This document shows positions 1-10,718 of a stretch of 64,000 nucleotides of DNA, in pieces. The translations under genes and the position numbers were made by a program. Each line of letters starts with the position of its first letter. The stretch's first letter is position 1. Source of the DNA: Vulcanimicrobiota bacterium (GTDB taxonomy: Bacteria > Vulcanimicrobiota > JAJTBE01); contig JAIORV010000068.1 of NCBI GenBank assembly GCA_021107945.1, positions 1,222 through 65,221 on the forward strand, written 5' to 3'. Under the pieces are notes generated by a model. That model did no database searches, was not told the origin of the DNA, and was given only the letters and a program-made list of their open reading frames with translations.

Positions 1-217
1 AATTAACTAAGAACGAATTCGGGAAAAGACATCTCACCCGCAGAAAAATGAGAATTCTTTTTGACAGAAGACAATATGGAATAATTATCAGTAAAGAAGA
101 AAGAGATAAAAGAGAAGAAGCAAAATAAAGACAAATGGGATATTCCACCCTCCCGGAACCAAAAACCTTTTAGCTAAAAGCTAAAAGGTTTGTATTTATC
201 ATTTTAATTTTAAAATT

Positions 218-724
218 CTACATCATTGTTGACGTATCGATATACATTTCCTCGAGTTTTCTCCTGTTTTCCCGGTTTACTTTCATTGCCTTGTTAATGC
301 TCTCATTGCCCTCATCAACCAATTGTAATCCATATTCTATATGTTCAGGATCCTCATCTTCCAGGTATAACATCATATGAGCGATTCCTTCGTTATAAAG
401 GGCGATTCCGTTAAACCCCACTTCCAACTCCTCCGCGAAGTCGTCGTAGGCTTCTTCAGGGATCTCGATTTCTCTGATTTCCTGCTCTTTCTTAGCTAAA
501 ACCTGAGAAATACTTTCCAGGAATTCCCCATATTCTTCCACCGTCCATTCCCCATTCAGCACCAGATCTCCAGCCTCTTTCAACTGATAATACCTCTCCA
601 TTACAGTCTCGGAAAGTTTCGGTGACTGGGTAGCGGCAGGTATATTGGGAAGAACCGCCTGGCAATTTACACAATATTTTTTATTCTCCTGATTCTGAGC
701 ACCGCAACGTGTACAAACTTTCAA
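218..724 (-). CDS. hypothetical protein with N-terminal zinc-ribbon (CxxC-x10-CxxC), acidic C-terminal half
   Basis: 168-aa ORF; GGAGG 7 nt upstream of ATG; MKVCTRCGAQNQENKKYCVNCQ zinc-ribbon motif; no other recognisable domain. Confidence 0.5.
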   Translation of the reverse strand: MKVCTRCGAQNQENKKYCVNCQAVLPNIPAATQSPKLSETVMERYYQLKEAGDLVLNGEWTVEEYGEFLESISQVLAKKEQEIREIEIPEEAYDDFAEELEVGFNGIALYNEGIAHMMLYLEDEDPEHIEYGLQLVDEGNESINKAMKVNRENRRKLEEMYIDTSTMM

Positions 725-912
725 GGAATAAACCTCCCTTCATTCTCTACCTTGAGGGAACCACAAAATTCAAGTTAAAACTTTTATTCTCTATAAAGGA
801 AATGTTCTCCTTCTAACAAAAAACATTATTACATCTTTTCCCATGGAGAAGTAATTGTTCCGTTATACATAAAGTTCAATTATAATATAAATGGAAGTGA
901 GGAGAATATAAA

Positions 913-1695
913 TTGAAATTTCATGCAACAATATTAATTCTCGTTTTAATTCTGATTAACATGATTCCAACACAGGCTCCTGCCCAGGACGGCAGGAGAA
1001 TTATTGACAGCCTTTATATGTCGTCGGGGAGACTTCCCATAAATGATCTGGTGGCCGACGTGGAGGTATTTGCTCCCCTGGAGAAGCAGAAGGGAGCGAC
1101 CTCACTTTCACTGGCATCAAAGGATAAGGTGGTATTTAAGAAGCCTAATAAACTCAAGCTGGATATAATCATAAATGATCCCGGTGGAGCGCTGGACGGC
1201 AAGCAGATGACAATCATCCGCGATGGTGTACAATGCTGGCAATATGTGTCGGCGGGGCAATATCCGGTAAAGAAGAAGCCCGATGAACCGAGTCCCACTC
1301 TTAACCTGCCGCCCAACATACAGGTATATCCGCAGGACGCCAATAATATTTACACTGTGATCGGCAAGGAGAAAATCAGCAAAATAAATACCACAAAAGT
1401 TAAGATTGACGATAAGGGAACGGGGGAAATCACAATTATATGGGTTGACACGAAGAGATGGGTTCCCGTAAAGATGGAGAAGAAAGTGCCTGACCCCAAA
1501 GGAAAAGGATCTCCGATAACAAAAACGGTTAATTACCGGGAATTCAGACAGCTCAAGGATGGCAGATGGTTCCCCTTCGTACTGGAAGTCAAGGTGAACG
1601 GAAAAACCAACAGAGTCGTAGTTTACAAAGCTCTTTCCATAAATGTGGGAGTTGAGGATCACCTGTTCGAGCCTATGAAAAAATTCATAAAATAA
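913..1695 (+). CDS. secreted hypothetical protein (signal peptide; Lys-rich; possibly LolA-like fold)
   Basis: 260-aa ORF with TTG start preceded by GGAAGTGAGGAG; N-terminal hydrophobic signal MKFHATILILVLILINMIPTQAPAQ; the antisense ORF 1117..1728 has no features and is judged spurious. Confidence 0.5.
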   Translation: MKFHATILILVLILINMIPTQAPAQDGRRIIDSLYMSSGRLPINDLVADVEVFAPLEKQKGATSLSLASKDKVVFKKPNKLKLDIIINDPGGALDGKQMTIIRDGVQCWQYVSAGQYPVKKKPDEPSPTLNLPPNIQVYPQDANNIYTVIGKEKISKINTTKVKIDDKGTGEITIIWVDTKRWVPVKMEKKVPDPKGKGSPITKTVNYREFRQLKDGRWFPFVLEVKVNGKTNRVVVYKALSINVGVEDHLFEPMKKFIK

Positions 1696-2321
1696 GGCAT
1701 CTTCCTTGTTTGTTAAATGATTGGACAAAGTTATGAATTAGATGAAATGAAGAATTCAGGAATAATGGAATATGCAGTTTAAAGTTTTATGAAGATGAGG
1801 TCTGGGGAATAATTCTCGCCATGCCCGTCCGAATAATAATCAACGGTTATTTTCGAGTTCTCCCCTGTCTTTACCGTATCATTCTCTCTCAATTCCATCA
1901 TCAATCCCACCTTTACGGGTTTTGTGGGGTTGGATGAGGGGAAAGGGGAAAGGGGAGGTGGGAAACGAGATCTATTATCCGTCATCCATTATCCGAATCC
2001 CTCTGTGGTCTTTGTGGTGAAAAATATACGTACATTATGCACCATTCGTTTATCGGGACGAGGACGTCCCTCCTACAGTTATGAACTCTGCTATCCGAGC
2101 TTTATTGGCTGTTACAGACCATATTCCAACAAATTCATAAATACCCTCCAGGCTTATTCTTGCCCTTGTTTTTTTTATAATCCTACCCTCCAACAGAACG
2201 GGAATAAAAAAATAGGAAGATAGAGTTTTAAAGGATATCGATAGTAAATATAAAATAAACGAGGCCAGTGTAAAAAAAATATATCCCCTTTGAGAACTTT
2301 AATGGGTAAAAGTATATTTGC

Positions 2322-5300
2322 ATGAATAGACATTATTTATTGGAGAGTATGATGTTAAGTAAAGAGATGGTATCAAGCAAAGAGAATTCCACTAATCATA
2401 GTGAACTGGAGCATATCCCCAAAATTCTACATGTCGATGATGATCTAGGCTTTCTGAAGTTATTTTCAAGCATGTTCGGCAAGCAATTTAATATCTCATC
2501 GGTTGCGTCCGGGACTGAAGCTCTTGACATATTAAAAATAGAAGAATTTGACGCTGTTTTAACCGATTATGAGATGCCGGGCATGAACGGATTGGAACTT
2601 TTAAAAGGGATAAAAAAAGAATACTCTGATCTTCCTGTCATTTTTTATACCGGCCAGGGTAATGAAGATGTAGCAAGGGAAGCTTTTGTGAACGGCGTGA
2701 CCGATTATTTCACAAAATACAGCTATTCTCTTGTCCATAATGAGAAACTCAGGAATTCTATTAAAAATGCAATTGAAAAGAAAAAAGTTGGAGATGCCCT
2801 TGCCAGGAGTCAGGAAACGCTGAGGGAAATGTTCGAAAACATGAGCAGTGCCGTGGCAATATATGAAGCCGTTGATGACTGTAACGATTTTATATTTGTT
2901 AATTTCAACAGGACAGGAGAAAAGATAGAAAATGTCCGAAGAGAGGATTTGATCGGGAAAAGACTCAAGGATGTTTTTCCTGCCGTGGAGGAATTCGGAT
3001 TGTTTCCGGTTTTAAAGAGAGTATGGGAAACAGGTGAGCCTGAAAGATTTCCACTTGCTCTATATCAGGATGAAAGGACAGAAGGATGGAGAGATAATTT
3101 CGTATTCAAGCTTTCAACGGGTGAGGTTGTAGCGATATATGATGATGTGACGGAAAAAAAGAACGCGGAGTTTCGAATTAAACATCTTAACAGGGTCTTA
3201 AAAGCAATCAGAAACGTGAACCAGTTAGTTGTAAGAGAAAAAGACAAGGAAAAACTCCTTCAGGGCGTTTGTGACAATCTTATTGAAACAATGGGTTATG
3301 TAAGTGCCTGGATAGCTATTATTGATAAAGAAGGAAGTTTCTTAACGGCAAAAGAAGCGGGAGTCGGAGAAGAATTTGCCAAGTTTTATGAGAGATTGGA
3401 GAAGAATGATTACCCTGAATGCATTAAAATTGCCTGGAGGGAGGTAGGGGTGATTTCATACACGGGGGAAGAAATATTAGATATGGATTGTCCTCTTAAA
3501 GATGTTTATATAGGAAATTCAGGAATGACAACGCGAGTTGAACACTTTGGACGAATTTTTGGATTTTTATCAATTATAGTTCCAAGAAATATCATTATTA
3601 ACGAAGAAGAAAAATCGCTGTTTTACGAAGTTGCGGGTGATATTGCATACGCCCTTGACAGTCTTGAAATTAAAGAGGAAAGGAATGGTCATTGGAAATC
3701 TCTGAAGGAAAAGTCACTACAGTTTATTGAAAGAGGAAAAGAGCTGAATTGTCTTTACAAAATATCCAGATTTATAGAAAAAAAGGATGTTTCAGGTGTT
3801 TCAGTAGATCAGATGCTTCAGGGTATTGTCGGGTTGATACCACCGGGATTTCATCACCCGGAAATCACTGTGGCGAGGTTTGTTGTTAACGGTATAGAGT
3901 TTATGACGAAAGGTTTTGTAAAAACTCCATGGTTGGTCAAATCGGATCTATTTGTCGATGGTAATATAATTGGAGCTTTGGAAGTTTATTACACAGAAAA
4001 GATTTCCGATATTTACGAAGATCCGTTTCTTCCGGAAGAAAAAATGTTAATAAATGCAATAACCGAGAGAATGGGGAGGGTTATAAAACGTAAAAGAACG
4101 GAAAAATTATTAAAGAGAGAGCATGCTGTTTTGAGCAATATCATAGAAACAAGTCCCGCCGGGGTCTCGACGGTGGATAAAGACGGCAATTTTACATTTG
4201 CAAACACAAAGGCGGAAGAAATATTAAAATTGGAGAGAGATGAAATCAACAAAAGAAAGTATAACGATCCGAAATGGCATATTACTGACTTTGAGGGGAA
4301 GTTTTTTCCGGATGTTATGCTGCCTTTCAACATTGTAAAGAGAACCCTGAAGCCTGTTTATAATGTGCACCACGCGATTGAAGCAGAGCATAGTGAAAGA
4401 GTGCTTCTGTCTATTAGCTCCTCTCCCCTTTTTGATGAAAACGGGAATTTTGACGGTATGGTATCAACGATTGAAGATATAACCCAAAAAATTAGAATGG
4501 AGAAAGAGCTATTAAACATGGAGAAGCTTGAATCGATTGGAGTTCTTGCGGGTGGAATCGCACATGATTTCAATAATGTTCTCACTTCAATAATCGGAAA
4601 TATATCACTTGCAAAAATTAACCTCGAACCTGATGAGGAAGCTTTTGAAGCATTGACGGATGCAGAAAAATCATCCGATCAGGCAAGAAAGCTTACAAAG
4701 CAAATATTGACATTCGCAAAAGGCGGAGTACCGGTTAAAAAGACTGTATTTATTGAAGATTTTATCAGGAATACAGTTCAATTCTCCATGAGAGAATCAA
4801 ATGTGGCGGTTGAATTCAACTTTGAAGATGAATTATGGACTGTTGAAATTGATGAAGATCAGATGGCAAGAGCGCTATACAATATAGTAATAAATGCACA
4901 ACAGGCCACTCCCGGCGGTGGAGTAATAAAAGTTAAAGTACAGAATGCTATTCTTAACGAAACTGAAGTCACTACTTTGAAGAAGGGGAAATATGTAAAG
5001 GTATCCGTGCTCGACCAGGGATCGGGCATTCCGGAAAAAAATATCAATAAAGTTTTCGACCCATTTTTCAGTACAAAAGAAATTGGAAGAGGAATGGGAC
5101 TTACAACGGCATACTCGATCATTAAAAAGCATGAAGGCGATATTGTAGTAGATTCAGACGGTAAATCCCGGACGGAAGTTATCTTCTATATTCCGGCATT
5201 ATTAAAGAAAGAAAAGATTAATGTACATACTATTGCTGAGCCAGTTCCCGTTAATGGGAGAATCCTTGTTGTTGATGATGAAAGAATAGTGAGAAAAGTT

Positions 5301-5642
5301 GCCACAAAAATACTTGAAAAGATTGGATACAATGCCGAATCTGCGAAAAACGCGGAGGAAGGGATTGACATGTATCTGGATGCAATGCAAGCCGGGCGAA
5401 AATTTGACATTGTTATTATGGATCTGACAATGCCCGGGGGAATGGACGGCACGGAAGCAACAGGAAAAATATTAGAGATTGATCCGTCTGCGAAAATTAT
5501 TGTCTCAAGTGGATATTCAACTGACCCCATGATGGTGGAATATGGGAATTATGGATTTTGCTCTTTCCTGACAAAACCATATTCTGTTAAAGATATAAAG
5601 GAGACTATCTCCGGAGTTCTGAAAGACGGAGCTGAATCCTGA
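2322..5642 (+). CDS. hybrid sensor histidine kinase / response regulator with PAS and GAF sensory domains (REC-PAS-GAF-PAS-HisKA-HATPase-REC)
   Basis: 1106 aa; N-terminal receiver (ILHVDDD...DAVLTDYEMPGMNG); H-box HDFNNVLTSIIG; HATPase G-boxes (DQGSGIP, GRGMGL); C-terminal receiver (ILVVDDE...DIVIMDLTMPGGMDG); candidate promoter TTGAGA-17-TATATT at ~2250-2290. Confidence 0.85.
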   Translation: MNRHYLLESMMLSKEMVSSKENSTNHSELEHIPKILHVDDDLGFLKLFSSMFGKQFNISSVASGTEALDILKIEEFDAVLTDYEMPGMNGLELLKGIKKEYSDLPVIFYTGQGNEDVAREAFVNGVTDYFTKYSYSLVHNEKLRNSIKNAIEKKKVGDALARSQETLREMFENMSSAVAIYEAVDDCNDFIFVNFNRTGEKIENVRREDLIGKRLKDVFPAVEEFGLFPVLKRVWETGEPERFPLALYQDERTEGWRDNFVFKLSTGEVVAIYDDVTEKKNAEFRIKHLNRVLKAIRNVNQLVVREKDKEKLLQGVCDNLIETMGYVSAWIAIIDKEGSFLTAKEAGVGEEFAKFYERLEKNDYPECIKIAWREVGVISYTGEEILDMDCPLKDVYIGNSGMTTRVEHFGRIFGFLSIIVPRNIIINEEEKSLFYEVAGDIAYALDSLEIKEERNGHWKSLKEKSLQFIERGKELNCLYKISRFIEKKDVSGVSVDQMLQGIVGLIPPGFHHPEITVARFVVNGIEFMTKGFVKTPWLVKSDLFVDGNIIGALEVYYTEKISDIYEDPFLPEEKMLINAITERMGRVIKRKRTEKLLKREHAVLSNIIETSPAGVSTVDKDGNFTFANTKAEEILKLERDEINKRKYNDPKWHITDFEGKFFPDVMLPFNIVKRTLKPVYNVHHAIEAEHSERVLLSISSSPLFDENGNFDGMVSTIEDITQKIRMEKELLNMEKLESIGVLAGGIAHDFNNVLTSIIGNISLAKINLEPDEEAFEALTDAEKSSDQARKLTKQILTFAKGGVPVKKTVFIEDFIRNTVQFSMRESNVAVEFNFEDELWTVEIDEDQMARALYNIVINAQQATPGGGVIKVKVQNAILNETEVTTLKKGKYVKVSVLDQGSGIPEKNINKVFDPFFSTKEIGRGMGLTTAYSIIKKHEGDIVVDSDGKSRTEVIFYIPALLKKEKINVHTIAEPVPVNGRILVVDDERIVRKVATKILEKIGYNAESAKNAEEGIDMYLDAMQAGRKFDIVIMDLTMPGGMDGTEATGKILEIDPSAKIIVSSGYSTDPMMVEYGNYGFCSFLTKPYSVKDIKETISGVLKDGAES

Positions 5643-5643
5643 T

Positions 5644-6423
5644 TTATATTTTCAGCAATTCTCCAGCCTTTACCGCCCTATATATGTCAGAGTTCTTTCC
5701 CTTCATATATATTGCTTCTGTCGGACAAAGAGAAATACATCTCATACATTGCTGACATTTACCGAGAAATTCCGGATAATCATTCATCTCGATATTTCCA
5801 ATGGGACAGAGCTTTATACATATGTTGCATTGCTTACATTTATCTCTGTCAACCTGAAATTTCTTTCCCATTTTTGCAAAGAAATTCCATGCAAAGCCGC
5901 TGCGGGAAACTGAGCAAATCAAATCAGAGAAAAAGCTCTGACTTTTCCATTCCGCCTGACCGTCGATAAGACTCTTTGCATATTCCCGAGCTTCTTTCAG
6001 CCCCCCGGATATTAGTTCTTTGTTTTTAGTTTCGTTTATTTCACCGGGAAACCAGTTGCCGGGCATCTTGATTTCCTTCGAACCGATTGTTTTATATCCG
6101 CGTTTTTGAAGAAGCTTTTTCATCGGACCCACTAATCCACCGGATATTTGAGCAAGTGTATCAACCATAAAAATCTCGGTGCCTTGAGCATCCGGTAACT
6201 TCTCGAAAAAATCCCATATAAACTTGTATGTTGACTGGGCGGCCACAGGAAAACCTATCCCTATGGTGTGACTTGAATCAAAATCCTCCGGGTTTACATT
6301 TTCAATACGGAAAAGATTGACTTCCATTCCCTCTTCTTTGAATAAGTCTGCCATTTCTTTGACCACAAGATATGTATTCCCACTCCCCGAGAAAAAGTAA
6401 AAATCGATTGTTTTGATACTCAT
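5644..6423 (-). CDS. flavodoxin-like domain fused to 2x[4Fe-4S] ferredoxin domain protein
   Basis: Track ORF extends to 6438, but GGAGGA lies 6 nt upstream of the internal ATG (MSIKTIDFYFFSGSGNTY, typical flavodoxin start); C-terminal CKQCNICIKLCP and CQQCMRCISLCP cluster motifs. Confidence 0.75.
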   Translation of the reverse strand: MSIKTIDFYFFSGSGNTYLVVKEMADLFKEEGMEVNLFRIENVNPEDFDSSHTIGIGFPVAAQSTYKFIWDFFEKLPDAQGTEIFMVDTLAQISGGLVGPMKKLLQKRGYKTIGSKEIKMPGNWFPGEINETKNKELISGGLKEAREYAKSLIDGQAEWKSQSFFSDLICSVSRSGFAWNFFAKMGKKFQVDRDKCKQCNICIKLCPIGNIEMNDYPEFLGKCQQCMRCISLCPTEAIYMKGKNSDIYRAVKAGELLKI

Positions 6424-7001
6424 AATTATCCTCCGCATCCCTTGTTTTTCATCTGTTCAGTCAGGGTAGCCGAGGGTAGATATCCCCGGCGCAATTCTAA
6501 TCTAAAGAAATTCAAGATGTATGAATGAATACCTTTTCATAAAAAAGCTGTAATATCCGTTTATCGGGATGGGGACATCCCTCCTTTATGGGAAAGGGGA
6601 AAGGGGAGGTGGGAAAGGGGAGGTGGGAAACGAGATCCATTATCCGTCATCCATTTTCCATTATCCGTTTATCGTTATCCGTTTATCGTTATCCGTTTAT
6701 CGTTATCCGTTTATCGGGACGAGGACGTCCCTCCTACAGCTCCGCTCCCCGCTCCGCATAACCCTCTGTGATCTCTGTGTCTTCTGTGGTGAAAAAACAT
6801 ACATCCTGTAGTATCCGTTTATCGGGATGGGGACATCCCTCCTTTATGGGAAAGGGGAAAGGGGAAAGGGGAGGTGGGAAACGAGAGGCGGGAAGCGGGT
6901 CATCCGTTCTCCCCTTTGTGGTCTTTGCGGTGAAAAAAAATGTTATCAAAGATTAGGTCATGTTAGCACAATTCAACACACCACAGCAACATTACACCTA
7001 T

Positions 7002-7030
7002 TTGACATTAATGACAATATATGATACAAT
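7002..7030 (+). promoter_or_regulatory. sigma70-like promoter TTGACA-17 nt-TACAAT
   Basis: TTGACA at 7002-7007, 17-nt spacer, TACAAT at 7025-7030; predicted TSS ~7037. Supports the downstream ATG at 7070 (AAGGAGG SD) as the true start of the ATPase gene. Confidence 0.45.
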
Positions 7031-7069
7031 TTGATATAGATGAATCATTATGACAAGGAGGGCGCACCC

Positions 7070-8629
7070 ATGAGCAATACTCCGGAAACCCGAACCGACA
7101 CCATGAATACATGGGAACTACAACAGACCACACTGACGGGAAGCGAAATTCATCACAGGGAAGAAGCGGAGATCATCGGAATCAAAGAAGTAACCGATAT
7201 CCTGGGAATCTCACGATCTACTCTCTATCGCTGGATGAAAGACGGAAGAGTTACCGGCAAAAAACTCGGAGGTCAATGGCGATTCTACAGGGATGATGTC
7301 TATAGGCTTCTCAGCGCTCCGCACCGGGAGCAGGGCGAAATCGTGGAGAAAAGCTTTGAAAAGGCAATCGAAACATACCGACAACTATTTAAATCGATTA
7401 AAATTGATGATGAAAAAATTCTTGAATTGACTCCCGTCGCACCTGACGAAGAGGACAGAGAAGAAAGCTCCCGCAGCCCGGTCTCCGAGCTATTTGATTT
7501 GATCCTTATAAGAGCTGTCATGGAAGAGGCCTCGGACATTCATATTGATCCTTACGGGAATTCAATCCGTATCCGGCACAGGGATATGGGAACACTTTAT
7601 AATATCTGCCTCCTCCCCGAGGAGTTAAATCCTTTGCTTGCTATACATATAAAGAAAGTGGCGGGATGCGAGCATGACCTGAATCGTGTTCCCCAGAACG
7701 GCAAATTTACCCGCCGGATCGGAGAAAGGGAAGTGATCTTCCGGGCAAACTTTTTTCCATGCATTGAAGGGGAGGCAATTGAATTGAGAATATTGGATAA
7801 AAACATTGCCATACCGCCGGTGACGGAGCTGGGGTTGAATCCCGCCGATGCTGAAAAACTATCCGATGCCATTCACGCAAAATCAGGACTTATCATAGTT
7901 ACCGGACCCACCGGGAGTGGAAAGACTACGGCATTATACTCGTGTCTCCAGGAAATCAATACGGAGGGAAAAAATATTCTCACGGTGGAAGATCCCGTTG
8001 AAATATCATTCAAGGGAATAACTCAATCACAAGTGCTCCCCGACAGAGGATACACTTTTGCTAAAGCTATACGGGCAATGTTCAGGCATGATCCCGATGT
8101 CATAATGGTGGGAGAAATAAGAGATCTGGACATAATGAGATTTCTTCTACAGGCATCCATCACGGGCCATCTTGCCTTCACCGCACTGCATGCCCCGGAT
8201 ACGGTTTCGGCAATTAAGCGACTTCTGGATCTGGGCGTTGAGCCTTTTCTTGTAAATGACTCCGTTTCTCTTATTATTTCAGGTCGTATTGTCAGGAGGA
8301 TCTGCCGTCATTGCAAAGAAGAAGTTGCAGCCGACCCCGAACTTATAAAGAAGATGGCTTTCCCACTTTCATTCATCAAGAATTCCACATATCGGGGCAG
8401 GGGATGTAATTTTTGCCACGGGAAGGGCTACAAGGGAATGACTGCAATATATGAGGTGTTATCACTTACCGATGAGGTAAAACATCTCATTGACCGGAAC
8501 GCCCCCATATCTGAGATTCGAAAAGCGGCCCTTGAAGCGGGGATGAATACCATGAGAAGCGAGGCAAAAAGAAAGGTAAAGGAAGGAATCACTACACTGG
8601 AAGAGATATACAAAGTGCTTTATAACTAA
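7070..8629 (+). CDS. GspE/PilB-family type II secretion / type IV pilus ATPase with N-terminal excisionase/MerR-type HTH
   Basis: Walker A VTGPTGSGKTT; Asp box/Walker B region VGEIRD; His box; tetracysteine CRHC...CNFCHGKG; N-terminal ITDILGISRSTLYRWMKDGRVTGKKLGGQWRF is an HTH_17-like DNA-binding motif. Start moved from 7040 to 7070 because of AAGGAGGG 8 nt upstream. Confidence 0.8.
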   Translation: MSNTPETRTDTMNTWELQQTTLTGSEIHHREEAEIIGIKEVTDILGISRSTLYRWMKDGRVTGKKLGGQWRFYRDDVYRLLSAPHREQGEIVEKSFEKAIETYRQLFKSIKIDDEKILELTPVAPDEEDREESSRSPVSELFDLILIRAVMEEASDIHIDPYGNSIRIRHRDMGTLYNICLLPEELNPLLAIHIKKVAGCEHDLNRVPQNGKFTRRIGEREVIFRANFFPCIEGEAIELRILDKNIAIPPVTELGLNPADAEKLSDAIHAKSGLIIVTGPTGSGKTTALYSCLQEINTEGKNILTVEDPVEISFKGITQSQVLPDRGYTFAKAIRAMFRHDPDVIMVGEIRDLDIMRFLLQASITGHLAFTALHAPDTVSAIKRLLDLGVEPFLVNDSVSLIISGRIVRRICRHCKEEVAADPELIKKMAFPLSFIKNSTYRGRGCNFCHGKGYKGMTAIYEVLSLTDEVKHLIDRNAPISEIRKAALEAGMNTMRSEAKRKVKEGITTLEEIYKVLYN

Positions 8630-8642
8630 TAGGAGGATATAT

Positions 8643-9995
8643 ATGGAAATCAATCCTTTGCAAAGCAAAAACATCAAAATAAAAGGACGGTCAACTCCCG
8701 CAACAAGTAAACCGCCGGGTTTTGGCAGAGATTCCGTTCAGATATCAGGGAACAGGGAAATGAACCTGGTTTCAGGCGAAAAATTAAAGAAGCTTTTTGC
8801 TCCCACCCGGGCCACATGGACTCATGAATGGGACAAGAAACCACACCGCAAAAGCTTTCTCCTGTCAAAAGATGGAAATCTCTATACCGGGGATTATAAA
8901 GAGCTCTATTGCCTGGATCGGAAAACAGGTAAGGTAAAATGGAAAAAGAAATTTGAAAGGGAGCTTGATTCTTTCCCGGGTGTTGTGGGGATTGATAACA
9001 CTCTTTATGTCTGTACAACCGATTCCCATATAAGAGCTATCGATCCAAAAAACGGTAATGAGAAGTGGAGTTTTGATATGAAAGTCCGCGGAGGCACGCC
9101 TAAAATCGGCCCCGACGGAAGTCTTTATGCTCAGTATAAAGATGATCTTTGCATTCTCAAACCAAACGGCAGGAAAAAGTGGACTTACAGGATCAACGAG
9201 TACATGCAAAGAGTGGTGGAAATTGACGGTAACGGCGCATCTTACGTTGCAACCAAAGACAAAGGCGTGTTTGCTTTCTCACCGCGCGGGAAGAAGCTCT
9301 GGAATCATCCCGGAAAATCAGTTTTCACAGGGGATGACGATGTCTATGTCGCTGGGGAGAATAGCGTTTTACGGGTTGATCCCAAGACAGGCAATGAGTT
9401 GTGGGAAAAAAATGTGGGAGAGTATTGGGTTGGACGTTCGAAGTGCGGGAAGGTTGTATTACATAGATACGGAAGAATTACCTGCCTGGACAGGGATAAC
9501 GGAAACACTATCTGGAAAAATGAGACAAACGGCAGTCATTATGTAAGATATCTGAGCGATGAGGGTGTGGCCATAGTAGGATCCGACGAGGGTGAGATAT
9601 ATGCTTTGGATCCCGGGAATGGAAACAGAATATGGACCCACAAGTGCAGGGCGGAAGCGCAATATGGAAACGCCTGTTTGAGAGAAGACGGGATTTTATT
9701 TATAAGTGACAATAAAACAATATATGGTCTTGATATTAAAACGGGAAATTCAAAGTTTAGTTATTCGCCCGGCGGGGATATAGAGCAATTCGATATGGAC
9801 GAGGGGAAAGAATCCCTTATTATCGAGGAGAAAGATACATTTAATATTCAGTTGGTTGAATGCAAATCCGTCGATGAAACGGCAAGAGAGATTATGGATG
9901 ACTCCGGCAAGAGCGACGATACGGTTAAAAAGATAGATAAAGGAGAAAAGTTTGTTGACATAGGCGGTGTAAGATTGCCCATTCAGGGGACTTGA
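8643..9995 (+). CDS. PQQ-like beta-propeller repeat protein (BamB/YVTN-like), no signal peptide detected
   Basis: 450 aa; repeated motifs of the form lY..t.D..l.alD..tG...W (e.g. LYVCTTDSHIRAIDPKNGNEKW, IYALDPGNGNRIW); TAGGAGGATATATATG SD; 14-nt gap after the upstream ATPase gene. Confidence 0.7.
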   Translation: MEINPLQSKNIKIKGRSTPATSKPPGFGRDSVQISGNREMNLVSGEKLKKLFAPTRATWTHEWDKKPHRKSFLLSKDGNLYTGDYKELYCLDRKTGKVKWKKKFERELDSFPGVVGIDNTLYVCTTDSHIRAIDPKNGNEKWSFDMKVRGGTPKIGPDGSLYAQYKDDLCILKPNGRKKWTYRINEYMQRVVEIDGNGASYVATKDKGVFAFSPRGKKLWNHPGKSVFTGDDDVYVAGENSVLRVDPKTGNELWEKNVGEYWVGRSKCGKVVLHRYGRITCLDRDNGNTIWKNETNGSHYVRYLSDEGVAIVGSDEGEIYALDPGNGNRIWTHKCRAEAQYGNACLREDGILFISDNKTIYGLDIKTGNSKFSYSPGGDIEQFDMDEGKESLIIEEKDTFNIQLVECKSVDETAREIMDDSGKSDDTVKKIDKGEKFVDIGGVRLPIQGT

Positions 9996-10718
9996 GCTTG
10001 CCTGCCTGAGCAATAAACTATTCACCGCAAATGTCCCTCCTATAAATTTAGAGGCGGGAGGTGAGAGGCGGGAGGTGAGAAGCGGGGAGCGGGATCTGTT
10101 CTGCACCATCTGCCATCATTCATTTTCTTCGTATCTTCGTGATAAAAAAATCTCTGTGGTCTCTGCGATCTCTGCGGTGAAAAAATACGTACATCCTGCA
10201 CTATCCGTTTATCAGGATGGGGACATCCCTCCTGTATGGGAAAGGGGAGGTGGGAAACGAGATCCATTATCCGTCATCCATTTTCCATTATCCGTTTATC
10301 GGGACGAGGACGTCCCTCCTACAGATTCGGGCTGCATTATCCGTTTTCCGAATTCCTCTGTGGTCTTTGCGGTAAAAAACACGTTGGATGGGGACATCCC
10401 TCCTGCAAACGCGAGAAAGGCCTTCCGAAATGACATTCGCTTACGTCCCAATCATTAAATTGTGAAAAAAATCCTTTAAACGGGAAGGTATTTGTGATGT
10501 TGTAAAGAAAGAAAAAGCGATTTTAATTGCCATAATTTCCAGATGGAACCCAGGATATAAAATTCCCAGGGAAATGGCAAGCGATTTGGGGTATGTATAT
10601 TGAAGGTACGGGCTGAAAAACCATGCCGGCATTGTCGGTTCCTAAATTTTTGGATTATGAGAAGTAGCCGAATCTATATCAAGGGTCAATACCCAAAATT
10701 TCTAATAAGAACCAGGGG

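Noticed and set aside
1117-1728. 203-aa ORF antisense to the secreted-protein gene 913..1695
   Set aside because: No motifs and hydrophobic/aromatic-rich junk composition typical of antisense reading. The sense ORF has an SD and a clear signal peptide.
1779-2223. ORFs 1779..1985 (-) and 1924..2223 (+), encoding Gly/Lys/Glu-rich peptides such as GKGERGGGKRD
   Set aside because: They lie entirely within a composite repeat (G-tract, GGATAA, heptad and palindrome modules). The same peptide-like strings recur wherever the repeat recurs (6569..6811, 6768..6956, 6827..7024, 10075..10458, 10236..10433) in varying frames and strands. They have no SD and no codon periodicity.
5644-6438. Longer N-terminal extensions of several track ORFs (5644..6438, 7040.., 11133.., 12248.., 13101.., 26573.., 35510..37237, 44109..45902, 47390..47929, 50298..51224)
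   Set aside because: In each case an internal ATG or GTG is preceded by a good Shine-Dalgarno sequence at 5-9 nt. That start either overlaps the upstream stop (translational coupling) or begins a canonical N-terminus (signal peptide or family-typical start). The extension overprints the upstream gene or a repeat element.
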